A stretch of 64,000 nucleotides of DNA. Origin: Octopus vulgaris (lineage: Eukaryota). Below, piece after piece: positions 23,986 to 37,284 of the stretch (position 1 is the first letter of the stretch; every line of letters begins with the position of its first letter). The notes under the pieces are model-generated. The model did no database searches. It saw only the letters and a list, made by a program, of their open reading frames with translations, and had not been told where the DNA came from. The stretch is from NCBI GenBank assembly GCA_951406725.2, contig OX597815.1, positions 58,528,001 through 58,592,000 of the forward strand, given 5' to 3'. The translations under genes and the position numbers were made by a program.

Positions 23986-26900
23986 GTAAATGAGGTAATC
24001 AGAGTAAGTGACAGAATACTTAAGATTAGAATAGTGCTTCATAATAGATTAGCAACCATTATATCGGCCTATGCCCCTCAGCCAGGGTTACCCGATGGAC
24101 AGAAAGACAGTTTCTATGACACCCTACTGCAGACCACCTCATTGACAAACGACAGGGACCTTCTCTTTGTGGCTGGTGATTTCAATGGGCATGTTGGACG
24201 ACATGCTGGGAGCTTCCATGGCGTACATGGAGGCTACAGTTATGGTTCCCGCAACGAGGAGGGAACCAGGCTGCTGGAGTTCTGCGATGTGAATAGTCTT
24301 ATGGTCTGCAACACTAACTTCAGGAAACCAACAAGCCACCTGGTCACCTACCGATCGGGCCGGCATACTAGCCAAATCGACTACATCCTTGCCAGAAAAA
24401 GGGAAAGATGGCTGCTTATAAATGCCAAAACCTTCCCGGGCGAAGAATGCACCCCACAACATAGACTGGTAGTTAGTGACTTTAGGATCAGGACTAAGAG
24501 GGCGACTAGAAGACGACCAACATGGAGAAGAAGGGTCTGGAAGCTTAAAGACCCTGCGAATGGACAGAGATTTAGAGATATGTTACTTGAAGCCTTTGAC
24601 GAAGTGGAAGGGGGTATAGCTACACATGGGGTAGAAGACAACTGGACGTTTCTGAGGGACAACCTGCTGAAAGCTGCTGACCAGATCTGTGGCTGGTGCA
24701 AAGTCCCCTTAAGACCCAAAATAACGTGGTGGTGGAACAATATTGTTGACAGGGCTATTAGACAAAAGAAACAGGCTTGGAAGGCCTGGAAAAACGGTGG
24801 TAGCAGGGAAGGGTATCAGACTGCCAGAAGGGAAGCTAGGAGACAGGTCTATCTAGCCAGAGGGGAAGCAGATAAGAGAAAATTTGCCAATATCCTGCGC
24901 CGTGAGGATGAAAGACTTGAGGTATTTCGTGTTGCAAGACAGTGTGTGAGAGAGAATCGTGATGTGGTAGGAGAGAAATGTGTTCGCATGGAGGATGGTT
25001 CACTTGCGCTAAATGAGGATGCAAAGAGAGAAGCTTGGAGACGCCACTATGAAAGGTTGCTGAATGAGGAAATTAAATGGGATAAAGAGAGTCTGCCGAA
25101 TGTTGACACTACAGAGGGACCAGCTATCCGAGTTGATAGTTCCGTGGGAGCTAAGGCAATTAGAAGCATGAAGACAGGGAAAGCCCCAGGCCCATCAGGA
25201 ATTACTGCAGAGATGCTCAAAATATCTGGCAGTGTCGGCTATAACCTAGTCACCCGTATAGTCAACCAGGTGATACACGAAGGAGTCATACCCAATGACT
25301 GGTGCAGCAGCATACTAGTCAACTGCTACAAAGGTAAAGGTGATGCCCTAGATATAAATAATTACAGAGGTATCAAGCTGTTGGATCAAGTAATGAAGGT
25401 TACGGAGAGGGTCATAGCCCAACTAATTAGAGAGAGAGTTAGTTTAGATGAGATGCAGTTTGGGTTCGTGCCAGGGAAAAGTACCACTGATGCTATATTC
25501 CTGGTAAGGCAGCTGCAGGAGAAATACCTAGCCAAAGATAAGCCCCTGTACCTGGCTTTCGTTGACATGGAGAAAGCTTTTGATAGGGTCCCCCGATCCC
25601 TTATCTGGTGGTCAATGAGGAAACTAGGGATAGATGAATGGCTGGTGAGGACTGTGCAAGCCATGTACAGAGATGCCGTAAGTAAGGTTAGGGTTGGCAA
25701 CATGTACACAGAAGAATTCAAAGTAGAGGTTGGGGTCCACCAGGGTTCAGTACTCAGCCCCCTCCTATTTATAGTACTCCAGGCAATTACGGAGGAATTC
25801 AAGACAGGCTGTCCCTGGGAGCTCCTCTACGCTGACGACCTTGCTCTTATTGCTGAGTCACTATCAGAACTGGAGGAGAAGTTCCAGGTGTGGAAGGAGG
25901 GTTTAGAATCAAGGGGCCTTAGAGTCAACCTAGCTAAAACCAAAGTACTAATAAGTAGGAACGTAGACAATCCACAAATGTCTTCAGGAAAATGGCCCTG
26001 CTCGATCTGTAGAAAAGGTGTAGGTAGAAACTCTATAAGATGTACCCAGTGTAAGCTATGGACACATAAGAGGTGCAGCAATGTCAAAGGTAGGCTAACT
26101 GGGAAGATAGTTTTTGTATGTGGCAGATGCTCGGGAGCATTAACCTCCGAAAATCTGCAGAAAACAACTTCCGTCACTTTCCAGGGGGAAAAACTAGAAG
26201 TAGTTGATAGCTTCCGTTATCTAGGTGACCAAGTCAGTAGTGGGGGTGGGTGCGCTGAAAGTGTAACTGCTAGAATAAGAATAGCCTGGGCAAAGTTTAG
26301 GGAGCTCTTACCTCTGCTGGTGACTAAAGGCCTCTCGCTCAGAGTAAAAGGCAGACTGTATGATGCGTGTGTACGAACAGCCATGCTACATGGCAGCGAA
26401 ACATGGGCCGTGACTGCTGAGGACATGCGTAAGCTCATGAGGAATGAAGTCAGTATGCTCCGTTGGATGTGTAATGTCAGTGTACATACTCGACAGAGCG
26501 TTAGCACCTTGAGAGAAATGTTGTACCTAAGAAGCATCAGTTGTGGTGTGCAAGAGAGACGATTGCGCTGGTATGGTCATGTGGCGAGAATGGATGAAGA
26601 TAGGTGTGTGAGAAAGTGCCAATCCCTAGCAGTTGAGGGAACCTGTGGAAGAGGTAGACCCAGGAAAACCTGGGACGAGGTGGTGAAGTACGACCTTCGA
26701 ACTTTAGGCCTCACTGAGGAAATGACCAGCGACCGAGACCTTTGGAAATATTCTGTACGTGAGAAGACCAGGCAGGACAAGTGAGCCCAGCCCACTTATG
26801 AATGCCTTTACTCCCTTGGACACAAAGACCTGTTGAGGCAAGCGAAGTCGATATAGAACCTCATCCGACGACAGACACCCATGCCAACCCCCATGCTTGC

Positions 26901-27434
26901 GAAGACATGTTGGGGCAAGCGAAATCGAAATCGAAACCGAATTGAACCAGCCAGGATCCCTGGCCTGGTGGTATGTAAAAAGCACTATCCAACTCGTGGC
27001 CGTGGCACGTAAAATACTCCAATGCGACCGTACGACAGGCACCCATGCCAACCCCCTTTGCTTGTGAAGACATGTTGGGGAAATCGAAATCGAATTGAAC
27101 CAGCCAGGATCCCTGGTCTGGTGGTACGTAAAAAGCACTATCCGACTCGTGGCCGATGCCAGCACCGCCTCGACTGGCTTCCGTGCCGGTGGCACATAAA
27201 ATACACCAATCTGACCGTGGCCGTTGCCAGCCTCGCCTGGCACCTGTGCAGGTGGCACGTAAAAAGCACCCACTACACTCACGGAGTGGTTGGCGTTAGG
27301 AAGGGCATCCAGCTGTAGAAACATTGCCAGATTAGACTGGAGCCTGGTGCAGCCTTCTGGCTCCCCAGAACCCCGGTCGAACCGTCCAACCCATGCTAGC
27401 ATGGAGAACGGACGTTAAACGATGATGATGATGA
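23986..27434 (+). mobile_element. Young RTE LINE, 5'-truncated within APE, complete 3' UTR and (GAT)n tail, inserted in (TA)n
   Basis: Uninterrupted ORF; tail cgttaaacgatgatgatg; flanking tatatattgattatat motif on both sides. Confidence 0.95.
24034..26784 (+). CDS. RTE ORF: partial AP endonuclease plus reverse transcriptase with PHD-like finger (true N-terminus missing)
   Basis: 916 aa; GDFNGH, SQIDYIL, QHRLV (APE); [28 protein letters not shown] (RT); C-terminal RGRPRKTW. Confidence 0.92.
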   Translation: MLHNRLATIISAYAPQPGLPDGQKDSFYDTLLQTTSLTNDRDLLFVAGDFNGHVGRHAGSFHGVHGGYSYGSRNEEGTRLLEFCDVNSLMVCNTNFRKPTSHLVTYRSGRHTSQIDYILARKRERWLLINAKTFPGEECTPQHRLVVSDFRIRTKRATRRRPTWRRRVWKLKDPANGQRFRDMLLEAFDEVEGGIATHGVEDNWTFLRDNLLKAADQICGWCKVPLRPKITWWWNNIVDRAIRQKKQAWKAWKNGGSREGYQTARREARRQVYLARGEADKRKFANILRREDERLEVFRVARQCVRENRDVVGEKCVRMEDGSLALNEDAKREAWRRHYERLLNEEIKWDKESLPNVDTTEGPAIRVDSSVGAKAIRSMKTGKAPGPSGITAEMLKISGSVGYNLVTRIVNQVIHEGVIPNDWCSSILVNCYKGKGDALDINNYRGIKLLDQVMKVTERVIAQLIRERVSLDEMQFGFVPGKSTTDAIFLVRQLQEKYLAKDKPLYLAFVDMEKAFDRVPRSLIWWSMRKLGIDEWLVRTVQAMYRDAVSKVRVGNMYTEEFKVEVGVHQGSVLSPLLFIVLQAITEEFKTGCPWELLYADDLALIAESLSELEEKFQVWKEGLESRGLRVNLAKTKVLISRNVDNPQMSSGKWPCSICRKGVGRNSIRCTQCKLWTHKRCSNVKGRLTGKIVFVCGRCSGALTSENLQKTTSVTFQGEKLEVVDSFRYLGDQVSSGGGCAESVTARIRIAWAKFRELLPLLVTKGLSLRVKGRLYDACVRTAMLHGSETWAVTAEDMRKLMRNEVSMLRWMCNVSVHTRQSVSTLREMLYLRSISCGVQERRLRWYGHVARMDEDRCVRKCQSLAVEGTCGRGRPRKTWDEVVKYDLRTLGLTEEMTSDRDLWKYSVREKTRQDK

Positions 27435-27449
27435 TATATATATATTGAT

Positions 27450-27504
<55 letters not shown>

Positions 27505-27515
27505 ATATATAGAGA

Positions 27516-30460
27516 GATCTTACTGCATGCAATCAAGCCCTATGCATAGCACTCGCGGAAACTCACCTCAACCCTGATATAGGGGATGCAGAAGTACACG
27601 TACCAAACTATGCCATACTGTGAACAGACACAAGGGAAAAGAGCCATGGTGGAGTTGCTGTATACATCCGAGATGACCTCACACCCCAGGTCTTACTGAC
27701 ATACTCAAATTCGGTATGTGACACTTTAATTGTATACATAAGACAACATAATATAGTCATATGCAATACATATTGCCCACCAGATGCTCCAAATCACATG
27801 GGCAAGTTTGAAGATTGCCTCACAAGAATTAAAGAAATCCTCATGAATCTGGAACACCACGTGACCATATTTCTTATGGGTGATTTCAACTTCCCCAACG
27901 TCAAATGGCCCGAAGGTCTCATACTCTCAGGAATGAATCATTGAAAGCAAGTACAGGTGGAGTCACTGTTCAACCTCACCAATGCCTTATTCATGGAGCA
28001 ACTTGTACTCAAATCAACTAGGGCGAATAACATTCTGGATCTCTGCTTCACGAACAATATGGATATCATTCATGATGTGAAAGTGACACCGATATTAGTC
28101 TCGGATCACAACATAATAGAGCTGTCTATGTTTGGGCCGAAAGTAACCAGAGACATACAGCCTAAAGGAAGCACCCGAAATCTCTCCAATCTGAACTTCC
28201 ACAAAGCAGATTGGGAATCGATCCAAAAAGAGATCCTCAGAGAGGACTGGCTGAAATGTCTCTCCACACCAGACATTGACATGAATCTAGGATGTCTCAT
28301 GTCTTCTGTGCAAGTCATATGCCAGAAATATGTCCCAGAGCACAAGGCCAAAACAAGATTCCAAGAGACAGGAAGATCCTCAGGAGACGATGGACGAAGG
28401 TTGCAAATCGATTCAACCAACATCCTAAAAGTAGCGAAACGTCCCGCCTAAAAACAACACTGATGGAGATTGAAAAAAGGCTGCAACAATCACATGTGAG
28501 GGAGAAACCAGACAAAGAAGACTGGGTTATAAAAAACATTAAATCAAACCCAAAGGCCTTCTTTCATTACGCGAAAGAAACAGTCTCAGTACACTACAAG
28601 ATAGGACCCCTCCTCCAAAAGGATGGCTCCCTCACCGACAGTCCAACTAACATCAGTGAGATACTGAATGACCAGTTCAAAAGTGTCTTTACCACCCGGT
28701 TGGAACACAGACAAGTGAACGAATGAGTGGACTTCTTTGCCGCCTCATCTATAACCAGCGAGGCAGTTACAATAGAATACATTGACATTAGCGAAGAAGA
28801 TGTCCTACTAGCCATAGAGGAAGTGGACACAAACTCAACTGCTGGCCCTGATGTTTTCCCAGCAATCCTCCTCAAAGCGTGTAAGCATGCTCTGGCAAAA
28901 CCCCTCAAGATTCTCTTCCAGAGTTTTCTTACAAATGGCAAACTGCCAAGAAAGCTGAAGGAGGGAATAATATGCCCAGTACATAAAGGGGGAAGTAGAG
29001 CAGATGTCAATAACTATGGGCCTATCTCTCTGACTTCACACATCAGCAAAGTCATGGAACAGATAGTCAGAAAGAAACTAATCGCATTCCTTGAGGAAAA
29101 TAACTTGCTAAGTGATACCCAGCATGGTTTTCGACCAGGTAGGAGCTGCCTGACCCAGCTCTTACAACATTATGACTGGGTGTTGAGGCAGTTACTCAAC
29201 AAATCAAATGTGGACGTAATATACCTTGATTTTGCAAAAGCTTTTGACAAGGTGGATCATGGCATGATATGCCACAAACAGCGTGACCTCGGCATAGCTG
29301 GAAAACTTGGAGTGTGGTTACATGACTTCGTGAAAGATAGGAGTCAGGCAGTAGTGGTTAATGGAGCCACCTCTATGAACACACAAATAGTGAGCAGTGT
29401 TCCACAGGGCACTGTCTTGGGACCACTGCTTTTTATAGTGGCCCTCTCTGATATGCCCTCAAATGCCCGGATAGCCACTCTGGCAAGCTATGCAGATGAT
29501 ATGAAAGTCTTGCAGAAAATACAGAACCCCAGCGATGTTGCACACCTGCAGCAGGAGTTGGACTCAATCTACAGATGGGCTGCGGATAATAATATGCAGT
29601 TTAAAGCTGAAAAATTCCAGGCCCTGTGCTACCAGCATCCAAAACTGAATATGAAACTTACAGGGTACACCAGTTCACAGGGAATTTCAATCCCAGAGCC
29701 TAAGTCTGTGAGTGACCTGGGTATCGACATGAATGAGGATACCTCTTTCCAAGTGCACATTACCAGGATGGTGACAAAGTGCAGATGACTGGCTGGATGG
29801 ATCCTAAGTACATTCAGAACCAGAGATAAGGAAACCATGATGGTCCTCTGGCGACATTCGTCCTCAGTCGCCTGGATTACTGCTCACAGCTATGGTCACC
29901 CACCAGTGTGAAATTAACAGTGGACCTTACAACAATACAGAGAAGATTCACAAAGAAGATCGTCTCTTTCCAACAGCTCAGCCACTAGGAAAGGTTGAAA
30001 CAGCTAAGATTCTACTCCCTGGAGTGAAGACGGTAGAGGTATGCAGTAATATATATCTGGAAGATCCTGGAAGGAATTGTGCCAAATTTTGGTATTGAAA
30101 GCTACACCAATGCCAGAACGGGACGACACTGCATCATGCCAAAGATCCCAGCAATGCCATCATGCTTCAGGACCAGTTACTGCAACAGCCTGGGTTTCAA
30201 GGGCCCACAGCTTTTTAATATTCTCCCAAAGAGTCTGAGGAACTTGCACAAAGTAGATGTAGTGGTTTTTAAATCAAAGCTGGACATCTTCCTGTCGAGA
30301 GTCCCATATGAACCTACCTTATGGCAAGAGGTGCAAATGAGAGTAGCTATATCAAACTCCATTCTTCACCAAGTGCCACATAGAGGAAGTTTTTCGTAAT
30401 AACTGTGTAGCACAAAACGGCGATGCATCAGCATGGCCGCTGCTCTGAGCTGAAAAAAAT
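27516..30460 (+). mobile_element. CR1/L2-type LINE ORF2 (APE+RT) with stops/frameshifts; close to the 14691-16690 subfamily
   Basis: NNILDLCFTN, SDHN (APE); DFAKAFD, PQGTVLGP, YADD; tail gcatggccgctgctctgagctgaaa. Confidence 0.93.
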
Positions 30461-30469
30461 AAAAGTAAA

Positions 30470-30507
<38 letters not shown>

Positions 30508-30642
30508 AGACGTACTCGCATAGCAAGTGATTTGATCTGAGATCGTGTGCTGGAACGAAAACAATTGCTGCGTGGAAGCTGTTTGTAAGCCATTTAAGAA
30601 ACACACAAAAGCCGTTCGATTCACTTCAACATTTAAGTTTAA

Positions 30643-30691
30643 TTTGTCAAAATATTTTCGTCGCAAAATCCGCGACCTGTTCACTGACAAA
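30643..30691 (-). ncRNA. Minimal type I hammerhead, G3:C8 core variant, in a ~200-bp PLE-like fragment (30505-30700)
   Basis: TTTGTCA-GTGAACA-G-GTCGCggattttGCGAC-GAAA-ATAT-TT-TGACAAA. Confidence 0.7.
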
Positions 30692-30764
30692 AATTGGTGC
30701 TGACATATATATATATGTCAATATATATATATGCCACACAAAGGTAAACGACATGCAGACTTGA

Positions 30765-31562
30765 TACACTGGCCCGGGAAGAATTGCAATCCTTGAGTCA
30801 AAATCAGTGCATGACCTGGGCATTGACATGAGCAATGATGCATCTTTCCAAGTGCATATTACTAATCTGGTGATAAAATGTAGACGGCTAGCTGGATGGA
30901 TTCTCCGAACTTTCAGAACAAGACAGATGGAGACACTGATGGTCCTGCGGAAAACTTTCGTCCTCAGCCGCTTGGATTACTGCTCCCAACTATGGTCACC
31001 ACACAATATAAAACTAACAGCAGAACGCAAAGCAATTCAAAGAAGCTACACAAAGAAGATTGTCTCAATGCAACATGTCAGCTACTGGGAAAGAATAAAA
31101 GTATTAAACTTCTTCTCCCTAGAGCAAAGGCGGGAGAGATATGCTGCGATATACATCTGGAAAATCCTGGAGGGTCTTGTCCCAAACTTTGGCATTCAAA
31201 GTTACCCCAACCGCAGAACGGGCGCCACTGCATGGTGCCAAAGATTCCAACATCATCATCAAAATACAGGACCAGATACTGCAACAGCTTGGGTTTCAGA
31301 GGACCACAGCTCTTTAACATCCTCCCTAAATGCCTGAAAGACTTGCATGGTGTGGATGTGGGTTGCTTTAAAACTAAACTGGATCACTTCTTGTCGTGGG
31401 TCCCAGATGAACCTACCTCACGACAGGAGACACAGATGCGGGCAGCGGCATCGAACTCCCTTGTTGATCAAGTGCCACGTATCAGAGGTGGATTCACATA
31501 TTAGTGTAGCTCGTTCAGCGGTGGTGCCCCAGCATGGCCGCGGCCTTCTGGCTAAAACTTTT
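30765..31562 (+). mobile_element. CR1-type LINE 3' fragment, different subfamily
   Basis: DLGIDMSND..RLDYCSQLWSP..GPQLFNILP; tail ccagcatggccgcggccttctggctaaaac. Confidence 0.88.
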
Positions 31563-31634
31563 TTAAGGATTTATATATATATATATCAATATATATATCA
31601 AGATATATATATATCAATATATATATGTCAATAT

Positions 31635-32359
31635 TGATACACTGTGCGCTCACTCAGGACCTGAGGACCCTTGGCTTTCTGATTCCACCACGGGCCTAAG
31701 TCAAACCGGAAGCTCATCACAGATAGGAGGGGTGGGCAGTGAACGCAAGCCAGAAACCGACACAACAACAACAACAACAGAGAGAGAGGCAGCTGGAGGC
31801 AGTTGCGTAATTTAACAATTTTTAACTTCAGAAAATCAGAACATTTCAAAACAAAAGCATTTAACTACAACACAATTCGAATAACAATCAAATACATTTA
31901 AACATAGTACAACTGTTCGATTTTTCTAAACAAATCAATTAACATGCAACACAATACAGAATCCGACAACAATCAGTTAACGTTCAGAGTTCGATCCTTC
32001 AAAACAAATAGTCTTTCTTTTTCTTTTAAAAACACATCTTACAGTTCTTTTTCTCTTTCTTTTCTCTTCCTTCTAACGCAATGTTCCTTTTCTTTTCTCT
32101 CTCTTCTTCTAAAACAGAGAGTTCGTTCCCAAAGATCCCTTTTCTTTCCCTTTTCATCAGTTTTTCTGGGGTTTTTTTTTTACAATTACAAGTTCTCTTT
32201 TTTTTTTTTCCTTTTCTTTTCAACAGATTAGGTCACAGAGTCCTCTTTTTTTTACAGGACAAAGAATATTTTCGTTGTCCTGAACAACTGGAGCGCCGGT
32301 TCAACTCCAACCAACGGAACTAGGTTACAATGTTTTCCTGTTTATTTACCTCCGTAACA
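31635..32359. mobile_element. Probable solo LTR (~725 bp)
   Basis: TGATAC...GTAACA termini (TG..CA, imperfect inverted repeat), non-coding, embedded in (TA)n; TSD not clean. Confidence 0.5.
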
Positions 32360-32410
32360 ATTTGTTAATATATATATATATCAATATATATATGTTGATA
32401 TATATATATG

Positions 32411-32481
<71 letters not shown>

Positions 32482-32577
32482 TTTATGGCTCGGCTTTGTG
32501 AACGAAGATCAATATATATATATTAGTATATACGATGATGATGATATATATTTGTCTGTATATATATACATATATCA

Positions 32578-32627
<50 letters not shown>

Positions 32628-32637
32628 ATATATATCA

Positions 32638-32671
<34 letters not shown>

Positions 32672-32681
32672 ATATATATCA

Positions 32682-32719
<38 letters not shown>

Positions 32720-32791
32720 ATATATATCAATATATATATATATATATATATATCAATATATATCAATATACATATATATCAATATATATAC

Positions 32792-35205
32792 CGTTCATCA
32801 TAAGGACCAAAGACTTGAGGTGTTTCGTGTGAGAGAGAATCGTGATGTGGTAGGAGAGAAATGTGTTCGCATGGATGATGGTTCACTTGCGCTAACTGAG
32901 GATGCAAAGAGAGAGGTTTGGAGATGCCACTATGAAAGGTTGCTCAACAAAGAGAATGAATGGGATAAAGAGAGTCTGCCGAATGTTGACCCAATAGAGG
33001 GACCAGCTATCCGAGTTGACAGTTCCACGGTAGTTAAGGCAATTGGAAGCATGAAGACAGGGAAAGCCCCAGGCCCATCAGGAATTACTGCTGAGATGCT
33101 CAAAATATCTGACGGTGTCGGCTATAGCCTAGTCACCCATATAGTTAACCAGGTGATACACGAAGGAGTCATACCCAATGACTGGTGTAGTAGCATAATA
33201 GTCAACTGCTACAAAGGTAAAGGTGACGCCCTAGATACAAGTAATTACAGAGGTATCAAGCTGTTGGATCAGGTAATGAAGGTTACGGAAAGGGTCATAG
33301 CCCAACTGATTAGAGAGAGAGTCAACCTAGACGAGATACAGTTTGGTTTCGTGCCAGGGAAAAGCACCACTGATGCTATATTTCTGGTGAGACAGCTGCA
33401 GGAGAAATACCTAGCCAAAGATAAAACTCTGTACCTGGCTTTCGTTGACTTGGAGAAAGCCTTTGACAGGGTCCCCCGTTCCGTTATCTGGTGGTCAATG
33501 AGGAAACTAGGGATACATGAATGGTTAGTGAGAGCTGTGCGTGCCATGTACAGGGACACTGTTAGTAAGGTGAGGGTTGGCAACGAATACAGTGAAGAAT
33601 TCCGGGTGGAGGTTTGGGTCCACCAAGGCTCAGTCCTCAGCCCCCTCCTATTTATCATAGTCCTCCAGGCAATAACGGAGGAATTGAAGACAGGATGCCC
33701 CTGGGAGCTCCTCTATGCTGATGACCTTGCTCTAATTGCTGAATCACTATCAGAACTAGAGAAGTTTCAGGCGTAGAAGCAAGGATTAGAATCGAAAAGC
33801 CTTAGAGTCAACCTAGCTAAAACCAAAGTCCTAATAAGTAGGAAGGTAGACAAATCTCAAACGCCTTCAGGTAGATGGCCCTGCTCGATCTGTAGAAAAG
33901 GCGTAGGTAGGAACTCTATAAGATGCACCAATTGTAAGCTATGGACACATAAGAGGTGCTGCAATGTCAAAGGTAGGCTAACTAGGAATATAGTTTTTGT
34001 ATGTGGCAGATGCTCTGGTGCAATAAACACTGAAAATGCGCAGAGACCATCTTCCGCCACATTCCAGGGAGAAAAACTTGAAATAGTTGATAGTTTCCGT
34101 TACCTAGGTGACCAAGTCAGTAGCGGGAGTGGGTGTTCCGAAAGTGTTACTGCTAGAGTAAGAATCACCTGGGCAAAGTTCAGAGAGCTCTTACCTCTGC
34201 TGGTGACAAAAGGCCTCTCGCTCAGAGTAAAAGGCAGACTGTATGACGCATGTGTGCGAACAACCATGCTACATGGCAGTGAAACATGGGCCATGACTGC
34301 TGAGGATATGCGTAAGCTCACAAGAAATGAAGCCAGTATGCTCCGTTGGATGTGTAATGTCAGTGTTCATACCGGACAGAGTGTAAGTACTTTGAGAGTA
34401 AAGTTGGACCTAAGAAGCATCAGATGTGGTGTGCAAGAGAGGCGTCTATGCTGGTATGGACACGTAGTAAGAATGGATGAAGAAAGTTGTGAAAAAGTGC
34501 CACACCCTAGCGGTTGAGGGAACCTATGGAAGAGGTAGACCTAGGAAAACCTGGGACGAGGTGGTGAAGAACGACCTTCACTCTTTAGGTCTCACCGAGG
34601 AAATGACCAGAGACCTAGACCTTTGGAAGTATGCTGTGCGCGAGAAGACCCGGCAGGACAAGTGAGGCCATAACCCATGGTCCCTACCTGGGACGTAGTC
34701 AGTCCACCTGTGCATACCTTCCTTCTTGGGACACATAACTTTACTTGTGAAGACCTGTTGAGGCAAGTAAAAATCAAAAATCAAAGAATCAAATCAAAAT
34801 CGATGAACATCCATGGAATTTGTAGTTTCGTGGTACCAGTGGCACATAAGAAAACAATCCGAACGTGGCCGTAGCCAGTACCGCATCGACTGGCCTCCAT
34901 GCTGGTGGCACGTAACAAACACCATCCGATCGTGGCCGTGCCAGCGTAGCCTGGCCTCTGTGCCGGTGGCACGTAAAGAACACCATCCGAGTGTGGCCGT
35001 TCGCCAGCCTCGTCTGGCACCTGTGTCGGTGGCACATAAAAAGCACCCATTACACTTACGGAGTGGTTGGTGTTAGGAAGGGCATCCAGCTGTAGAAACA
35101 CTGCCGGATCTGACTGGCCTGGTGCAGCCTTCGGGCTTCCCAGACCCCCAGTTGAACCGTCCAACCCATGCTAGCATTGAAAGCGGACGTTAAACGATGA
35201 TGATA
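32792..35205 (+). mobile_element. RTE LINE, 5'-truncated, premature stops
   Basis: RT motifs [21 protein letters not shown]; 3' UTR and (GAT)n tail. Confidence 0.93.
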
Positions 35206-35229
35206 TATCAATATATATATATATCTCAA

Positions 35230-36546
35230 TAGTAGTAGTAACAGAAAAGAGGAATTTCTATTATCTCCATATGGTGGGTTGTAATGTATATAAGAAATTG
35301 AAAAAGGAAAATATGCACACTTACATAGTTTTAATATAATTTTTAATATATCGACCGGTTTCGCTATCGCTATTTATGATATTATGTTTTACTTTTTTGA
35401 ATATATATTTTTTCTTAAGAAGAAATTTTGTCCATGTTGTATGCAATGAAATTCATGAGTGAATGACTTCACAAGTTGATAAAGGGAGGCAATTAGTTGT
35501 CGTTATTATTTTTATTGTTGTGGGTAAGGGAGATAACTGTTCAGCTTTCGGTAATGGGTGGAGATTATATATGTGTACAGACAGAGACAAGTTTCAAAAA
35601 CCTTGTTTCGTAGGGGATTTATGTACAGTGATGTAATCGTGAATTGAAATATGTAAAAAGATAAAAGTTGGTTATGAGTGCATATTAAGATATGTTTTGT
35701 ATTTTTCAATTAAAAAAGTTTTTTTATTTAAACGTTCTAGTTGAGAGATTGCGTCTTTGCACTGGTAGAAAGGGAAGACTGTGAAATTTGGTTTGATGTT
35801 ACCTGCAAATTTTTCTATATGTTCACCGAGAGGAATTTGTATAGCGGGAAACGGATTTGCTCCTTATGTAGGGTGGTTCTCTTTCTCAAGGTCATACTCG
35901 TTTGTCCAATATAGTGGTGTCCGCAACACGAGAAGGTTATTACATAAATTAGATTCTCAGAAGCACAGGTGAAACTAGTTTTAATTGTGAGCCTCTGTCC
36001 TTGTTTGAAAAGGAAATCTGAGTCTTCAAGCAGGTTGGGGCAGGTTCCACAATTTGGGCATCCACATTTTTCAACCATTGGTTTCGTGTTTGTTTTTTAA
36101 AGCTTCGCATTTGTTAGTAGTCTCTTTAGCGATTTGTCTTGTTTTTTGGATTTGATGAGTTTGTGTGTTTTCAGAATGTCGTTCATTTTTGGATCTCCAG
36201 TTAGTAAGAGTTGGCACAATAGTGTTGAATGCCTCACTGTTTCTTGGGTTGTGTGTTGATATAAATAGTAATGCTTTGGTTTGAGGTGTGGTGCTATGTA
36301 TTTTTGTTCTTAGTGTTTTTGTGTCTAATTGTCTGGCATGTTTAATTCCCTCGTCGATAAGAGAGGGTAGATATTGTCTTTCAATAAGTGTTGTTTTGAC
36401 GAAGGTCCCGAGTTGTTCTATCAGAGACTATTGTGCAGATCCTTTTTGCTAAGTTGAAAGGGATGTTTATTTTTATGTGTTTCAGGTGGCATGAGTTAAA
36501 AAGAAGATATTGTTTTGAATCAGTTGGTTTATAATAAATGTCAGTT
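35230..36546 (-). mobile_element. Penelope-like element 3' half (RT thumb, Cys linker, GIY-YIG, pseudo-LTR)
   Basis: KCGCPNCGTCP..FTCASENLIYVITFSCCGHHYIGQTSMTLRKRTTLHKEQI; upstream YKPTDSKQYLLFNSCHLKHIKINIPFNLAKRIC. Confidence 0.88.
35348..35382 (-). ncRNA. Minimal hammerhead, A3:U8 variant, with G5A (probably inactive copy)
   Basis: ATATC-ATAAATA-GCgataGC-GAAA-CCGG-TC-GATAT. Confidence 0.55.
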
Positions 36547-36547
36547 A

Positions 36548-36647
36548 ATAAATGTCAATCTTAACACCAACATCCCCCCGTGACTATGGAATAAAAGCAA
36601 CTAAATTCTGGTTGGAAAAGTACCCTAAAGTCCTCCGGGAACGTAAT
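36548..36647 (+). mobile_element. Inverted Penelope RT fragment
   Basis: NLNTNIPRDYGIKATKFWLEKYP resembles the PLE RT LYTNIP motif. Confidence 0.55.
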
Positions 36648-36882
36648 TAGTCACCGTAATTAGAAATATTGAATTTCTAAATGTCTCATAGAGACATGAG
36701 CGGTGGTGGAGCGATAGAGTAGTTGCATAATGTCAACATAACGTGACGGTCCCGTAAAGGGAATTACACTACCGCTATATAGCCCTAGGAAGCATCAACG
36801 CTTCCTGTCGGCTTGGACACATTTCCTGTGTCCTTATATTTGCAAAGGGGAGGCAAGCACTCCCACCAGCTAGGACTGGCAA

Positions 36883-36928
36883 CCTGAAGACATGCATGTT
36901 TCTGGGTCTTGCCCGTTATCAGTCAAGG
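36883..36928 (-). ncRNA. Type I hammerhead (G8A in this copy)
   Basis: CCTTGA-CTGATAA-CGGGcaagaCCCA-GAAA-CATGCATG-TC-TTCAGG. Confidence 0.65.
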
Positions 36929-37237
36929 GTAGCGAGTCCCGGCTAGCAGTGATGCCTGCCAAGCCTCTGCAAATATATATATTTACAGTGAAATCTATTC
37001 ACTGGTCACCGTTATTAGAAATATTGAATATCTAAATGTCTCATAAAGACATGAACAGTGGAGGAGCAATAGAGTAGTTGCATAATGTCAACATAATGTG
37101 ACGGTCCCGTAAAGGGAATTACACCACCGCTATATAGCCCTAGGAAGCATCGACGCTCCCTATCGGCTTGGACACATTTCCTGTGTCCTTATATTTGCAA
37201 AGGGGAGGCAAACACCCCCACCAGCTCGGACTAGCAA

Positions 37238-37284
37238 CCTGAAGACATGCATGTTTCTGCGTCTTGCCCGTCATCAGTTGAAGG
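37238..37284 (-). ncRNA. Type I hammerhead (intact CUGAUGA core, stem mismatches)
   Basis: CCTTCAA-CTGATGA-CGGGcaagaCGCA-GAAA-CATGCATG-TC-TTCAGG. Confidence 0.7.
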
